Below are positions 43,881 through 56,293 of a stretch of 64,000 nt of DNA, one piece after another. The position numbers and the translations under genes are program-made. The first letter of the stretch is position 1. Every line of letters begins with the position of its first letter. Origin of the DNA: Actinomycetota bacterium (GTDB lineage Bacteria; Actinomycetota; Thermoleophilia; Gaiellales; Gaiellaceae). The stretch covers positions 11,401 through 75,400 of the forward strand of contig VAXH01000071.1 in NCBI GenBank assembly GCA_005883955.1, given 5' to 3'. The notes under the pieces are model-generated. The model did not search any database. It was not told the origin of the DNA and saw only the letters and a program-made list of their open reading frames with translations.

Positions 43881-45446
43881 CTAGAGCGGGATGTTCCCGT
43901 GCTTCCTGGGCGGGCGGCGCTCGCGCTTCGTCAGTGCGGTCTCGAGGGCGTCGATCAGCACGGGCCGTGTGCGGCGCGGCTCGATCACCTCGTCGACGTA
44001 GCCCCGTTCAGCGGCCGCGTACGGGTTCGCGAACTGGCTGCGGTACTCCTCGATCAGCTCGGCGCGCCGCGCTTCAGGATCCGAGGCTTCCTCGATCTGT
44101 TTGCGAAAAACGATGTTGACTGCCCCTTCGGGGCCCATCACCGCCACCTCCGCGGTCGGCCAGGCGAAGTTGAAGTCAGCGCGGATGTGCTTGGAGCTCA
44201 TGACGTCGTAGGCACCTCCGTACGCCTTGCGGGTGATGACGGCGAGCTTCGGCACCGTCGCTTCGCAGTAGGCGTAGAGCAGCTTCGCGCCGTGGCGGAT
44301 GATGCCACCCCATTCCTGCGCGGTCCCGGGCAGAAACCCGGGGACGTCGACGAACGTGACCAGCGGAATGTTGAACGCATCACACGTCCGGACGAAGCGC
44401 GCGGCCTTCGTCGAAGAGTCGATGTCCAGCACGCCGGCGAGCGCCCGCGGCTGGTTGCCGACAACGCCGACGGGATAGCCGTTGAGCCGCGCGAAGCAGC
44501 AGACGATGTTCTCGGCCCAGCGCTCGTGAACCTCGAGGAAATCGCCGTCGTCGACCACACGGGAGATGAGGCTCTTCATGTCGTACGGCTTCGCGGGATC
44601 GTCGGGGATCGCCGAATCGAGCTCGGCGTCCTCGCGCCCGGCCGGATCCGTCGGCTCTGCGTAGGGCGGCGGATCGACATTGTTCTGAGGGAGGAACGAA
44701 AGCAGGTAGCGGGCGTCCTCGAGGCACGCCTCCTCGTTAGGCGCGATGAAGTGCGAGACGCCGGATTTCGCCGCGTGCGTCGCCGCACCGCCTAGCTCCT
44801 CGAAAGTCACTTCTTCGCCGGTCACCGTCTTCACGACGTCGGGCCCCGTGATGAACATGTACGACGAGCCCTCGACCATCAGCACGAAATCGGTGATCGC
44901 AGGGGAGTAGACTGCTCCGCCCGCGCACGGACCCATTATCAGGCTGAGCTGAGGGATGACTCCCGAGGACTGGACGTTCCGCCAGAAGATCTCCGCGTAG
45001 CCGGCAAGCGAGACAACGCCCTCCTGGATCCGGGCGCCTCCCGAGTCGTTGATCCCGATCAGCGGGCAGCCGAACTTGGCGGCGAGATCCATGACCTTGC
45101 AAATCTTCTCGGCGAAGACTTCGCTCAGTGACCCGCCGAAGACGGTGAAGTCCTGCGAGAAGACGAAAACTCTCCGCCCGAAGATCGTGCCGTAGCCCGT
45201 GACGACCGCATCGCCGTAAGGCCTCCGCTCCAGCATTCCGAAGCTCGGCTCCCGGTGCCTGACGTAACGGTCGAGCTCGAAAAACGAACCGGGGTCGAGC
45301 AGTTTCTCGAGGCGTTCGCGGGCGAGCAGCTTTCCCTGCTCGCGCTGGCGTTCGACCGCGCGCTCGCTGCCGGCGTGCCGCGCCTGCTCTCGCAACTCGG
45401 CCAACCGGCGCAGCTTCGCCCCGGTCGAATCAGCTTCCGTCGCCAC
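43881..45446 (-). CDS. Acyl-CoA carboxylase carboxyltransferase (beta) subunit, PccB/AccD-like
   Basis: [54 protein letters not shown] 45446 is chosen ([12 protein letters not shown]...). Confidence 0.92.
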   Translation of the reverse strand: MATEADSTGAKLRRLAELREQARHAGSERAVERQREQGKLLARERLEKLLDPGSFFELDRYVRHREPSFGMLERRPYGDAVVTGYGTIFGRRVFVFSQDFTVFGGSLSEVFAEKICKVMDLAAKFGCPLIGINDSGGARIQEGVVSLAGYAEIFWRNVQSSGVIPQLSLIMGPCAGGAVYSPAITDFVLMVEGSSYMFITGPDVVKTVTGEEVTFEELGGAATHAAKSGVSHFIAPNEEACLEDARYLLSFLPQNNVDPPPYAEPTDPAGREDAELDSAIPDDPAKPYDMKSLISRVVDDGDFLEVHERWAENIVCCFARLNGYPVGVVGNQPRALAGVLDIDSSTKAARFVRTCDAFNIPLVTFVDVPGFLPGTAQEWGGIIRHGAKLLYAYCEATVPKLAVITRKAYGGAYDVMSSKHIRADFNFAWPTAEVAVMGPEGAVNIVFRKQIEEASDPEARRAELIEEYRSQFANPYAAAERGYVDEVIEPRRTRPVLIDALETALTKRERRPPRKHGNIPL

Positions 45447-45598
45447 GACGCGAGCGTATCCCCACCGGGACGTGGATGACGCGAGTCCCCGTTCGAGGGA
45501 AAGAGAAGCGAGCTCGAAGTCACCCACCTGGGGGAGACGTGGCCAGAACCTTCCGCCTAGCGTCCGTCCGAGGCCTGCGGCGGCCAAAGGAGAGAATC

Positions 45599-46942
<1,344 letters not shown>

Positions 46943-46993
46943 GTAAATCTTCGGCCGAGGCTCAAGGCCGAAGCGGTCGCCGTCGATAGCAGA

Positions 46994-48370
46994 GTGAAGA
47001 TGGCGCCTGCGGCCCAAGCAAAGACTCCCGGCCACGATCTGCCTTCCACTGGCCGCCGGCACCGCGGTCAGCGCACGATCTCACGACGGGCCCTACTCCA
47101 GCTCCTTGCCGGTGTGTTCGTGGTCGGAGTGATCCCGGTGGTCGCGACCGTCCACATCCTCGGCGCCAATGCCCTCCAGAACGAGCGCGCGCGAGCAGAC
47201 AGCGCGCTTCGCGCCGAGCTCCAAGCGGCGGGCCAAGAGCTCGGCCAGCTCGGGGACGACGCATCGCATCGAGCTGACGACCTCGCGCGCTCGCCGGCGC
47301 TGCAGCGCGCGTTCATCGCCCATGACCGGGCCACGATCAAGCGCATCGCGGCCGCCTCCCCGGGCGTCGTCTTGTACCTCGGCCGCGCGCGCGTAGCCGG
47401 GGTCCGCCCGCCGGTCGCATTGAGCCGCTCCATCTCGCTCACGGTCAACGCCAAGAGGATCGGGACCGTCGTCGCCACGATTGCGTTGAACGGCAAGCTC
47501 GCGGCTCGCCTGCGGCAGACCGCGTCGCACGCTCAGGCGGACCGCCTGTTGATCGTGCGGGAGCGCACGGTCGTCGGTACGGGTCAACACGTGCAGCTGC
47601 GTGGACACACGATTCAGGTGGGAAACGAGAGCTACCGCGGGCTGCTCTCGCGTGTTCCCAATGCGGTCGGGATCAGCCTGTTCGCACTCCGCCCGCTGAA
47701 GACCATCGACGCCAGCGTCCAGCCCTACCAGCGCCGCATCTTCTACGCGGCGCTCGGCTCCTTCGCCTTGCTGGTGCTCGTCGCGCTCACCTTCGCCCGC
47801 CCGATTCTCAACACGCTCGGAGATTTCCGGCGCGTCGCCTCCCAGGCGGCGACCGACGCACTGACCGGCCTCGCCAACCGGCGCTCCTTCGACGACGAGC
47901 TCGCGCTCGAGTGGCGACGCGCCGAGAGAGTAGGCGACTCGCTCGCTTTACTCCTCATCGATCTCGACGACTTCAAGAGCATCAACGACGGGCTCGGCCA
48001 CCAAGCCGGCGACGCGGTTCTCAGGCGCGTAGCGACGATCCTGGGCTCCGGTGCCCGGCAAGTCGATCTGGCGGCCCGCTATGGCGGCGAAGAGTTCGCC
48101 CTGCTGACGCCCGAGACCGACCTCCTCGGCGCGACGAAGCTCGCCGAGCGCCTGCGCGCCGCCGTCGAAGAGGCCACGATCGTGCTTCCCAACGGCAGCG
48201 AGCTGAGTGTGACTGCGAGCTTCGGCGTCGCGGTCAAGGGCGAGCTCGAACGGGCCGAGCAACTCGTCGCTGCGGCCGACGAAGCGCTGTACGAAGCGAA
48301 GCGAAACGGCAAGAATCGCGTCGTCACGGCCGACCCGCAGGCCGAAGCCACCACGACGGCCACGCTTTAG
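46994..48370 (+). CDS. Membrane sensor diguanylate cyclase (GGDEF)
   Basis: Two TM helices flank an about 190-aa putative extracytoplasmic domain. DALTGLANRRSF, an I-site RQVD five residues before the GGEEF active site, and EALYEAKRNGKNR. Confidence 0.9.
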   Translation: MKMAPAAQAKTPGHDLPSTGRRHRGQRTISRRALLQLLAGVFVVGVIPVVATVHILGANALQNERARADSALRAELQAAGQELGQLGDDASHRADDLARSPALQRAFIAHDRATIKRIAAASPGVVLYLGRARVAGVRPPVALSRSISLTVNAKRIGTVVATIALNGKLAARLRQTASHAQADRLLIVRERTVVGTGQHVQLRGHTIQVGNESYRGLLSRVPNAVGISLFALRPLKTIDASVQPYQRRIFYAALGSFALLVLVALTFARPILNTLGDFRRVASQAATDALTGLANRRSFDDELALEWRRAERVGDSLALLLIDLDDFKSINDGLGHQAGDAVLRRVATILGSGARQVDLAARYGGEEFALLTPETDLLGATKLAERLRAAVEEATIVLPNGSELSVTASFGVAVKGELERAEQLVAAADEALYEAKRNGKNRVVTADPQAEATTTATL

Positions 48371-48402
48371 CCCACGCGGGCTCAGAAGGGCACAATCCCG
48401 CC

Positions 48403-48858
48403 ATGCGAGTCTCGGCGAAGGTCGATTACGCCTTGCGCGCCTGTGCCGAGCTCGCCGCCGCAGGCAAAGGCCCGGTCAAGGGCGAGCGGCTGGCGCAAGC
48501 GCAGGAGATCCCGCTCAAGTTCCTCGAGAACATCCTGCTCGATCTCAAGCACGCCGGCCTCGTGCAGAGCCAGCGCGGCGCCGAAGGCGGGTACTGGCTG
48601 TCCCTCCCGTCGGACGAGATCTCGCTCGCCGAGGTTATCCGAGCGGTCGAGGGTCCGATCGCGAACGTGCGCGGCCAGCGGCCGGAGCTCGTCGAGTATC
48701 GCGGGCCGGCCGCGCCGCTACAGCAAGTCTGGGTCGCGATGCGCGCGAACCTACGGGCGGTCCTCGAGGCTGTCACGCTCGCGGACCTTGCGGCCGGACG
48801 GCTGCCCGACGAGGTCTCGGCCATAGCCGCCGACCCCGACGCCTGGCTTCCCCACTGA
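48403..48858 (+). CDS. Rrf2 family transcriptional regulator (no Fe-S Cys triad)
   Basis: MRVSAKVDYALRACAELA...IPLKFLENILLDLKHAGLVQSQRGAEGGYWL. The sequence contains only one Cys. Confidence 0.88.
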   Translation: MRVSAKVDYALRACAELAAAGKGPVKGERLAQAQEIPLKFLENILLDLKHAGLVQSQRGAEGGYWLSLPSDEISLAEVIRAVEGPIANVRGQRPELVEYRGPAAPLQQVWVAMRANLRAVLEAVTLADLAAGRLPDEVSAIAADPDAWLPH

Positions 48859-49875
48859 CTCCCGCCGGTCGGCGGGCAGCCAGCGCGGGAGGTCGAGTGC
48901 GAAGAAGCGGCCGAGCGCCTCGGCGTTCGGCTCGTATTCCTGCCGAAGCTCCCGTAGACGCATGTGGGCGCACTCGCGGTCGACGGAGTCGTCCGTCGCC
49001 GCCTCGACGATCGTGTAAAGGTGGTCGAAGTCGTCCCGGCTGAGCCGCTCCTGCACGGCGCCCGGCGCGAGCCTGAACTGAAGCGCGAGGTCGGCGAGGG
49101 CATGGCGTCCGATGGCAAAGGTCACATCAGCGGCGACGACCTTCCCTTGGGGCGCGGTTGCCTTGACGAACGCGGCCACATCGACCATCGCAGTCAACGC
49201 CGCGAGCCAGTTTTGGTTCACGTGCTGGGAGCGGTAGAAGCCGAGCAGCGGATACGAGAGGTGGGTCTCCATCAGCTCCGCGGCCCACTCCTCCCAGGCG
49301 CCTAGCTCGCGCTTGAGTTCTTCCCACTGCTGCCGCCCGATCGCCTGGTTGAGGAGGACTCCGGCCGCCGGCGGCGAGCCCGCTCGTGTCGCCAACTGCG
49401 AGACGGCAGTCTCACGCTGTGAGAAGGAGGAGTAGACCGCAGGCAGGTAGCCGATCACGATGAAGACGACGCCGACCCCGGTTGCCGCCTCCAAGAGTCC
49501 GATCAGGTGGGCCGCCGTCGAGCCCGACGGACTTTCGGCACTGAGGAACACGCCGGAGCTGGAGAGCAGGCGACCGCCGAAGGCGCCGCCGACGGTTCCC
49601 CACTCGAGCAACCCGTAGCCGACCATCAGCCCCAAAGTCCAGACGATCAGCTGGAAGAGCAGCGCAAAGGGGCCGAAGAAGCCGAGCCAGGTGTCGGCGG
49701 TGGCCGTGGGGAGCCGGCGCGAGAGCGCACGCCAGGGAAGCCAGAGCAGGCGACTGAGGCCACGCGCGATCCGCGGGTCGCGCCTCACCCGCCGCGGCAG
49801 CAAGAAGGCGACGAAGAACTCGGACAGCATCACCAGGATCAGGGCGACGCCGACGATGCCCACCACCACCCGCAT
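48751..49875 (-). CDS. Integral membrane protein, ion-channel-like (hypothetical)
   Basis: 374 aa with about 4 N-terminal TM helices and a soluble C-terminal half. The 3' end overlaps the Rrf2 gene by 108 nt, so the true stop or frame is uncertain. Confidence 0.5.
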   Translation of the reverse strand: MRVVVGIVGVALILVMLSEFFVAFLLPRRVRRDPRIARGLSRLLWLPWRALSRRLPTATADTWLGFFGPFALLFQLIVWTLGLMVGYGLLEWGTVGGAFGGRLLSSSGVFLSAESPSGSTAAHLIGLLEAATGVGVVFIVIGYLPAVYSSFSQRETAVSQLATRAGSPPAAGVLLNQAIGRQQWEELKRELGAWEEWAAELMETHLSYPLLGFYRSQHVNQNWLAALTAMVDVAAFVKATAPQGKVVAADVTFAIGRHALADLALQFRLAPGAVQERLSRDDFDHLYTIVEAATDDSVDRECAHMRLRELRQEYEPNAEALGRFFALDLPRWLPADRRESVGKPGVGVGGYGRDLVGQPSGRKVRERDSLEDRP

Positions 49876-49895
49876 GAGTGAAGCCTAGTCTCGGG

Positions 49896-50852
49896 TTAAC
49901 GAGTGAAGACGGTCTGGCGGCTCGGCTTCGCGTAGACGATCACTCCGCGCTCGAGCTCGAGCGCCTGCGCCTCTTCCTGCGTCAGCTGCGCGAGCAGGTG
50001 CTGGCCGTCGTCGCGAACGAGCTCGGCCCTGACCTCGAAGCCGAGATGAACGATCCGCTCGACCATAGCCTCGGTCGCATCGCCCTCCGGCTCGAGGCTG
50101 AGGCTGATGTCGCGCGGACGCACGAAGGTGTCCCCGAGCTTGTTGACCGGGCCGACGAAGCTCATCACGAACTCGTTCGCGGGCGACTCGTAGAGCTCGC
50201 GCGGGGTTCCGACCTGCTCGACCCGCCCCTGGTTGATGACCACGATCTGGCCTGCGACCTCCATCGCCTCCTCCTGGTCGTGCGTGACGATGATCGTGGT
50301 CACGTGCACCTCCTCGTGGAGGCGGCGGAGCCAGGCGCGCAGCTCCTTCCGAACGCGCGCGTCGAGGGCGCCGAAGGGCTCGTCGAGCAAGAGCACTTCG
50401 GGATCGACCGCGAGCGCGCGGGCCAGCGCCATCCGCTGCCGTTGGCCGCCCGAGAGCTGCGCCGGGTAGCGCTTGGCGAGACCCTCCAGCTGGACGAGCT
50501 CGAGCAGTTCGTGGACGCGAGTCTCGATCTCCGACTTCGGGCGCTTGCGCACCTTCAAGCCGAAGGCGACGTTCTCCCAGACCGTCATGTGCTTGAAGGC
50601 CGCGTAGTGCTGGAAGACCATCCCGACCCCACGCGCCCGCGCAGGCTGGTGCGTAACGTCGTCGTCGCCGAGCAGAACCTGTCCCCCGTCGGGCTTCTCG
50701 AGGCCCGCGATCACGCGGAGCAGGGTCGATTTGCCGCTGCCGCTGGGACCGAGCAGCGCAGTCAGCGAGCCCTCGGGAATCGCGACCGAGACGTCGTCGA
50801 GCGCGACGAAGTCTCCGAACTGCTTCGTTACCTCGACGACGGTGATTCCCAT
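49896..50852 (-). CDS. cysA: Sulfate/thiosulfate ABC transporter ATP-binding protein
   Basis: [35 protein letters not shown]. The ATG at 50852 gives an ATGA overlap with cysW. Confidence 0.9.
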   Translation of the reverse strand: MGITVVEVTKQFGDFVALDDVSVAIPEGSLTALLGPSGSGKSTLLRVIAGLEKPDGGQVLLGDDDVTHQPARARGVGMVFQHYAAFKHMTVWENVAFGLKVRKRPKSEIETRVHELLELVQLEGLAKRYPAQLSGGQRQRMALARALAVDPEVLLLDEPFGALDARVRKELRAWLRRLHEEVHVTTIIVTHDQEEAMEVAGQIVVINQGRVEQVGTPRELYESPANEFVMSFVGPVNKLGDTFVRPRDISLSLEPEGDATEAMVERIVHLGFEVRAELVRDDGQHLLAQLTQEEAQALELERGVIVYAKPSRQTVFTR

Positions 50853-51643
50853 CAGGCTGCTTCCTCCTTCGGTCGGAAGATCCGCATCACCAGCACCGTG
50901 GCCAGCGCGATCAGCGCCAGCACGACGCACGCGGCGAACGCCCCGGTTGTGTTGAACCCCTCGAACTGCGACTGCACATACAGCGGCAGCGTCTCGGTCT
51001 TCCCCTCGATTCGGCCCGAAACAATGCTGACGGCGCCGAACTCGCCGATCGCGCGCGCAGTCGTCAGGACGACGCCGTAGCCGACCGCCCAGCGGATCGC
51101 CGGCAAGGTGATCCGCCAGAAAGTGGTGAACGGCGCTGCGCCGAGCGTCTCGGCCGCCTGCTCCTGATCGGTCCCGATCTCCCTCAGAACGGGCACGACC
51201 TCGCGAACGACGAAGGGCAACGAGACAAAGATCGTCGCCAGCGTCATGCCCGGCAGGGCAAAGAGGATCTTGATCCCGTGCCCGGCGAGGCCGCCGAGCC
51301 AGCCTCCGGTGCCGTAGAGCAGGTAGAGGGAGAGCCCGACGACGACCGGCGACAGGGCGAGCGGCAGGTCGACGATTGCGTTCACGAGCCCGCGTCCCGG
51401 GAAGCGGTGCCGGACGAGTGCGATCGCCAGCACGACACCGAAGAGCGTGTTCGCGGGCACCGCGATCGCCGCGATGATCAGGGTCAGCCAGAGCGCATGC
51501 TGTGCTTCGGGATTCGTCACAGCCGCCCAGGCGGGGTGGAAGCCGTGCTCGAAGGTCCGGTAGAAGACGAGCCCGACCGGAAGGAGGAGCAGCAGCGCGA
51601 GGTAGCCGAGGGCGCCGAAGCGCAACGCGTATTTAGCGGTCAT
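50852..51643 (-). CDS. cysW: Sulfate ABC transporter permease
   Basis: 263 aa, about 6 TM helices, with the EAA-type loop [22 protein letters not shown]. Confidence 0.88.
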   Translation of the reverse strand: MTAKYALRFGALGYLALLLLLPVGLVFYRTFEHGFHPAWAAVTNPEAQHALWLTLIIAAIAVPANTLFGVVLAIALVRHRFPGRGLVNAIVDLPLALSPVVVGLSLYLLYGTGGWLGGLAGHGIKILFALPGMTLATIFVSLPFVVREVVPVLREIGTDQEQAAETLGAAPFTTFWRITLPAIRWAVGYGVVLTTARAIGEFGAVSIVSGRIEGKTETLPLYVQSQFEGFNTTGAFAACVVLALIALATVLVMRIFRPKEEAA

Positions 51644-52460
51644 GCCGGGTCCTCCAGTGCCGGAAGGCCCCGATCGCGAGCAGCACGGCGAGCGAGATCA
51701 GGAGGAGAAGCACGGAGACGGCCGCAGCCCCTGCCGGGTTGCCGGACTCGATCTGGCCGGCGATGTAGACGGAGGACACCTCCGTCTTGAACGGGATGTT
51801 GCCCGAGATCAAGACGACCGATCCGAACTCCCCGACGGCGCGGGCGAAGGCAAGCGCGACGCCGGACAGGATCGCCGGCAGCAGGTTCGGAAAAACGATG
51901 CGGCGGAAGACCGCGAGTCGGCCGGCGCCAAGCGACTCGGCCGCCTCCTCCATCTCCCGGTCGAGCTCGAGCAGCACCGGCTGCACGGAGCGCACGACGA
52001 ACGGCAGCGTCACAAAGAGCAGCGCGAGCACGAGCCCCGTTCGCTGGAATGCGACGTCGACCCCGAACGGGCTGCTTGGTCCGTAGAGCTCGAGCAGGAC
52101 GAGGCCCGCAACGACAGTCGGCAGAGCGAACGGGAGGTCGATGACAGCGTTGACGATCCCCTTGCCGGGGAACGAGTCGCGCACGAGCACCCAGGCAATC
52201 GCCGTTCCAGTCAGGGCGTTGAATGCGGCCACGAGCAGGGAGACGACGACGGTCAGCTTCAGGGCCGAAGAGGCTTCCGGCTTCGTGACCTCTTGCCAGA
52301 ACGTGTGCAGTCCCTGCGACCGCGAGCTCCAGACAAGCGCCGCGAGCGGCACGAGCACGATCAGGCTCAGGTAGCCGACCGCGATGCCTCGAGCGAGGCC
52401 GCCGCCGGCGCGGCCGAGGACCGCGCCGCGCGAAACAGCAGCGGCCGCGTTAGTGGCCAA
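51633..52460 (-). CDS. cysT: Sulfate ABC transporter permease
   Basis: 275 aa with the EAA-type loop MEEAAESLGAGRLAVFRRIVFP. Confidence 0.88.
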   Translation of the reverse strand: MATNAAAAVSRGAVLGRAGGGLARGIAVGYLSLIVLVPLAALVWSSRSQGLHTFWQEVTKPEASSALKLTVVVSLLVAAFNALTGTAIAWVLVRDSFPGKGIVNAVIDLPFALPTVVAGLVLLELYGPSSPFGVDVAFQRTGLVLALLFVTLPFVVRSVQPVLLELDREMEEAAESLGAGRLAVFRRIVFPNLLPAILSGVALAFARAVGEFGSVVLISGNIPFKTEVSSVYIAGQIESGNPAGAAAVSVLLLLISLAVLLAIGAFRHWRTRHDR

Positions 52461-53354
52461 TCACCCTCACCATGATTCCGGCGCTGTGGTCGAAGAACCG
52501 GTACTGAACCGACCTCCAGCCACGCAAGCCAAGAGCCTTCGAGTTGATCGTGAAGAGGCTCTTCGGCTGCTTGAAGTGGTACTTGGGACTTGCGGCGACA
52601 GACTTCACGACCGGCCTGTAGCCGGTATCGCCGAGGATCTTCTGCGCCTTCGACGACCAGAGGTAGTTCAGGAAGGCCTTCGCCTCCGGGTGCTTGAGCC
52701 CGCTCTTCGTCAGCGCAACCGGGTTCTCGACCAGAATCGTCTGCTTCGGGAGCACGTACTCCGTGTGGACACCCTTCCTGTTCGCGTAGATCGCCTCGTT
52801 TTCGTAGGTGAGGAGCACGTCCCCCTTGCCACTCGCGAAAACCTGGGTCGCCTCGCGGGCGCTTTTGGGGAGCACAGAGACGTTCTTGAAGAGCTTCTTC
52901 AGGTACGCAATCGCCTGACTGTCTGTCTTGCCCTGCGCGCGCTCGGCCCCGTAGGCGGCCATCACGTTCCAGCGGGCGCCGCCGGAGGTGAACGGGTTCG
53001 GCGTGATCACCTGGACTCCGCTCCTCGTCAGGTCGGCCCAGGTGTGGATTTTCTTTGGATTGCCGTCGCGGACCTCGAAGACGACGACCGAGTCGGTGAC
53101 CATCCCGTGGTAGCGGTTCTGGTTCCAGTTGCTGCGCGCGCCTGGTCCCCGGAAGCGCCGTAGGACTGATTGAACGAGACGTTCTTCCCTGCCGAGGTTG
53201 CCTGGAACGCGGGGATGATCTTCGCGTAGGCGTCCTTGGGGGTCGAGTAGGCAACGAGGCTGAGAGTCGTACTGGCTGTCGCGGCGCTTGCGCCGACGAC
53301 GACGGCTGCTGCCAGGATCAGGAGTGGAAACAAAGAAAGCGAAATACGTCTCAT
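52450..53354 (-). pseudogene. sbp: Sulfate/thiosulfate-binding protein, interrupted by an about 90-nt internal gap with frameshift
   Basis: The signal peptide and N-lobe (MRRISLSLFPLLILAAA...SYGASGDQARA) are in one frame. The remainder (NWNQNRYHGMVTDSVVVFEVRDGNPK...ITPNPFTSGGARWN...) is in another. About 30 residues typical of the family are missing at about 53125-53135. Confidence 0.8.
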
Positions 53355-53447
53355 TCAATGCTCCTTATCTTTCATGTTTCTCGACTGAGATGCTGGACAA
53401 TACGCACAGCCTGCGAACCGCGTCAAATGGGAACGTAGAGTGCGTCC

Positions 53448-54331
53448 GTGCAACCGCTCGACCGCTCGACGATCTGGCCGTACCGAGACGGCGAGCCCGG
53501 CGAGTTCTACTACCAGCGGTATGCCCATCCGACGGGGGTCGAGGCGGAGCGCGCGCTCGGAGAGCTCGAGGGCGGTGAGGCGCTGCTTTTCCCCTCCGGC
53601 TCGGCCGCGATCACCGCGCTCGTTCTGGCCGAGCTCGCACCCGGCCAGACGATCGCGCTCGCCGACGGCGGGTACTACGGGACCAGCCTCCTCTTCCGCT
53701 CGCTCGAGGGCTGGGGCGTGCGGTTCGTGGAGTTCGACCAGACCGGTGCGCCGCCTGCCGGAGCCGACCTTGTCTGGCTCGAAGCGCCTTCGAATCCCTT
53801 CCTGACGATGCCCGACCTCGAGGCGGCGGCCGCCCACCCGGGTCGCGTCGTCGTCGACTCGACCGCCGCGACCCCGGTCTATCTCCGCCCGCTCGAGCAT
53901 GGCGCCGATTACGCGTTGCACAGCGCCACGAAGTACCTCGGCGGCCACCATGACCTGCTGCTCGGCGCCGTCGTCTGCCGCCACGCGGAAGCTGCGGCCC
54001 GGCTACGCGAGTTCCGCGGCCGGACCGGGATCGTCGCAACGCCGGACTCCGCCTGGCTGCTCCTGCGCAGCCTGAAGACGCTCCGCTCGCGGGTCGAGCG
54101 GCAGACGGCGACGGCGGCGGAGCTCGCCGAGCGCCTGGGCGCGCACCCGGCGATCCAGAAGGTGCGCTATCCAGGCTTCGGCGGAATGTTGTCGGCGTCG
54201 ATTCCGTGATCGAGACGCGCAGCCGCTGGGAAGGCGACCGCGTGCCGAAGAATCTGCTCCGCCTGAGCGTCGGGCTCGAAGACACCGACGAGCTCTGGGC
54301 CGACCTCGAGCAGGCGCTGTCGAAGGCTTGA
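53448..54331 (+). pseudogene. Cys/Met-metabolism PLP-dependent enzyme (cystathionine gamma-synthase/lyase family), C-terminal gap with frameshift
   Basis: YQRYAHPT, HSATKYLGGHHDLL (PLP-Lys) and YPGFGGML are followed by a stop after 5 codons. The conserved tail VDSVIETRSRWEG...LLRLSVGLEDTDELWADLEQAL continues in another frame to TGA 54329-54331. Confidence 0.8.
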
Positions 54332-54446
54332 GCGACCGCCCGACCGTCGGCGTCGCTCGCGATGCCTACCTAGAGGCTGTGGCGGCTTTACCGCCACAGC
54401 CGACTAAACCCGACCTCATGCCGGAGCCTTACTCTCCAACTGCCTT

Positions 54447-55709
54447 ATGCCGCTGACGGTCGTCTTCTTCCCCGAGGGCGCGTACGGCCCGACGAACAAT
54501 TGCGTTGGCATCGGGCAAGTGCTCCGGGCACAGGGAGCCCGCGTCGTGTTCGTGGTCGAGGAGTCGTTCGCGGGGACGCTCGAGGGGCAGGGATTCGAGG
54601 AGGCGTTGATGCGATTGAAGCCTCCGGCAGCGGCCGAGGAGGCGCCTGGCCAATTCTGGAAGGACTTCGTCCGCGAGACGGCTCCAGAGTTCCGGAAGCC
54701 GACGATCGACCAGCTCGAGGGTTTCGTGTCGCCGGTCTGGCAGGAACTGGTCGACGGCGCACGCTATGTCAACGAACGCCTTGCCGAGATCTTTGCGGAG
54801 GTGAAGCCGGACGTGATCGTCGAGGACAACGTCGTCGGCTTCCCGGCCGTGGTCGCGTCCGGCATTCCGTGGGTCAGGATCGTCTCGTGCAACCCGCTGG
54901 AGTTGAAGGATCCGGCGCTGCCGCCGACCTTCTCGGGCTACGCGAGTGATGACCGCTCGAGCTGGGAGGAGTTCCGCGGCCGCTATCGCGAGCTACACGA
55001 GCCGTTGCAGCGCGAGTTCAGCGAGTTCTGCGTCGAGTCAGGGGCCCCGCCGTTGCCCGACGGCGAGTTCATCCACGAGTCGCAGTTCCTGAACCTCTAC
55101 CTCTATCCGGCCGACACCGACTACGAACGGACTCGGCCGCTCGGGTCGCAGTGGAATCGACTCGGCTCATGCGTTCGCCGGGCGGACCCTGTCGCAGGCC
55201 ATCTCCGGGGACCCGGTCGTGCCGTGCTCTACCTCAGCCTCGGCAGCCTCGGCTCGGCAGATGTCGGCCTGATGCAGAGGCTGATCGACACACTCGGCAA
55301 GACGGAGTACTCGGTCGTCGTCAGCATGGGTCCGCAGCACGAGGAGCTAAAGCTGGCCTCAAACATGACCGGTGAGGAGTTTCTGCCGCAACCGGCGATC
55401 CTGCCCAAGGTCGATGTGGTGATCACCCACGGGGGCAACAACACGGTCACCGAATCGCTGCACTTCGGCAAGCCGATGGTCGTGCTGCCGCTCTTCTGGG
55501 ACCAGCATGACAACGCTCAACGGATGCAGGAGCTCGGCCTCGGTCGCCGGCTCGACACCTACCGGCACGAGCCCGCAGAGCTGATCGAAGCGATCGAGGC
55601 CCTGCTTGTCGACCCGACGTTGCCCGGCCGCCTCGGCGGCATCTCCGGACGGCTCCAGACCGAGCCCGGCACGGTCAAGGCGGCCGGGCTCATCAAGGGC
55701 CTGATCTAG
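54447..55709 (+). CDS. GT1 family glycosyltransferase (MGT/UDP-glycosyltransferase-like)
   Basis: [26 protein letters not shown]... The C-terminal donor-binding region is [33 protein letters not shown]. Confidence 0.85.
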   Translation: MPLTVVFFPEGAYGPTNNCVGIGQVLRAQGARVVFVVEESFAGTLEGQGFEEALMRLKPPAAAEEAPGQFWKDFVRETAPEFRKPTIDQLEGFVSPVWQELVDGARYVNERLAEIFAEVKPDVIVEDNVVGFPAVVASGIPWVRIVSCNPLELKDPALPPTFSGYASDDRSSWEEFRGRYRELHEPLQREFSEFCVESGAPPLPDGEFIHESQFLNLYLYPADTDYERTRPLGSQWNRLGSCVRRADPVAGHLRGPGRAVLYLSLGSLGSADVGLMQRLIDTLGKTEYSVVVSMGPQHEELKLASNMTGEEFLPQPAILPKVDVVITHGGNNTVTESLHFGKPMVVLPLFWDQHDNAQRMQELGLGRRLDTYRHEPAELIEAIEALLVDPTLPGRLGGISGRLQTEPGTVKAAGLIKGLI

Positions 55710-56293
55710 CGGCCCTCGACGACTTCGTCGATCAGCCCGTACTCGAGCGCCTCGCGGGGCGTCATGAAGTTGTCGCGCTCGGTGTCGTGGGCGATCCGCT
55801 CGAGCGACTGACCCGTCCTCTCGGCCAGGATTTCCTCCAGGCGGCGCTTCATCCCGATCGCCTCGCGTGCGCGGATCTCGACGTCGGAGGCCTGCCCGCC
55901 GAACCCCGGCGTCCAGAGCTGGTGGATCAGGATCTTCCCGTTCGGGAGCGAGCTGCGCTTGCCCTTGGTCCCGCCGGCGAGCAGCACGGCGCCGATCGAC
56001 ATCGCGATTCCGACGCACATCGTGCGCACGTCCGGCTTGACGAACTGCATCGTGTCGAAGATCGCGAGACCCGAGTAGACGTCGCCGCCCGGCGAGTTGA
56101 CGTAGAGCGAGATGTCCTGCTCAGGATCCTCGGCCTCGAGGTGCAGGAGCTGGGCGTTGACGACGTTCGCAACCTGATCGTCGACCGGCGAGCCGACGAA
56201 GATGATCCGTTCGTCCAGAAGGCGGGAGTAGATGTCAAAGGCCCGCTCCCCGCGGCTCGTCTGCTCGATCACGGTCGGCACGTACGACGTCAT
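55706..56293 (-). CDS. clpP: ATP-dependent Clp protease proteolytic subunit
   Basis: [23 protein letters not shown] (Ser), ILIHQ (His), [18 protein letters not shown] (Asp). No clpX or second clpP lies adjacent. Confidence 0.92.
   Translation of the reverse strand: MTSYVPTVIEQTSRGERAFDIYSRLLDERIIFVGSPVDDQVANVVNAQLLHLEAEDPEQDISLYVNSPGGDVYSGLAIFDTMQFVKPDVRTMCVGIAMSIGAVLLAGGTKGKRSSLPNGKILIHQLWTPGFGGQASDVEIRAREAIGMKRRLEEILAERTGQSLERIAHDTERDNFMTPREALEYGLIDEVVEGR

Noticed and set aside
48751-49875. The MVGYG string in the membrane protein considered as a K+ channel selectivity filter.
   Set aside because: It lies inside a predicted TM helix (LGLMVGYGLLEW), not in a pore loop. The region where related channel-family proteins carry the T/G-x-G-x-G-D filter shows no such motif.
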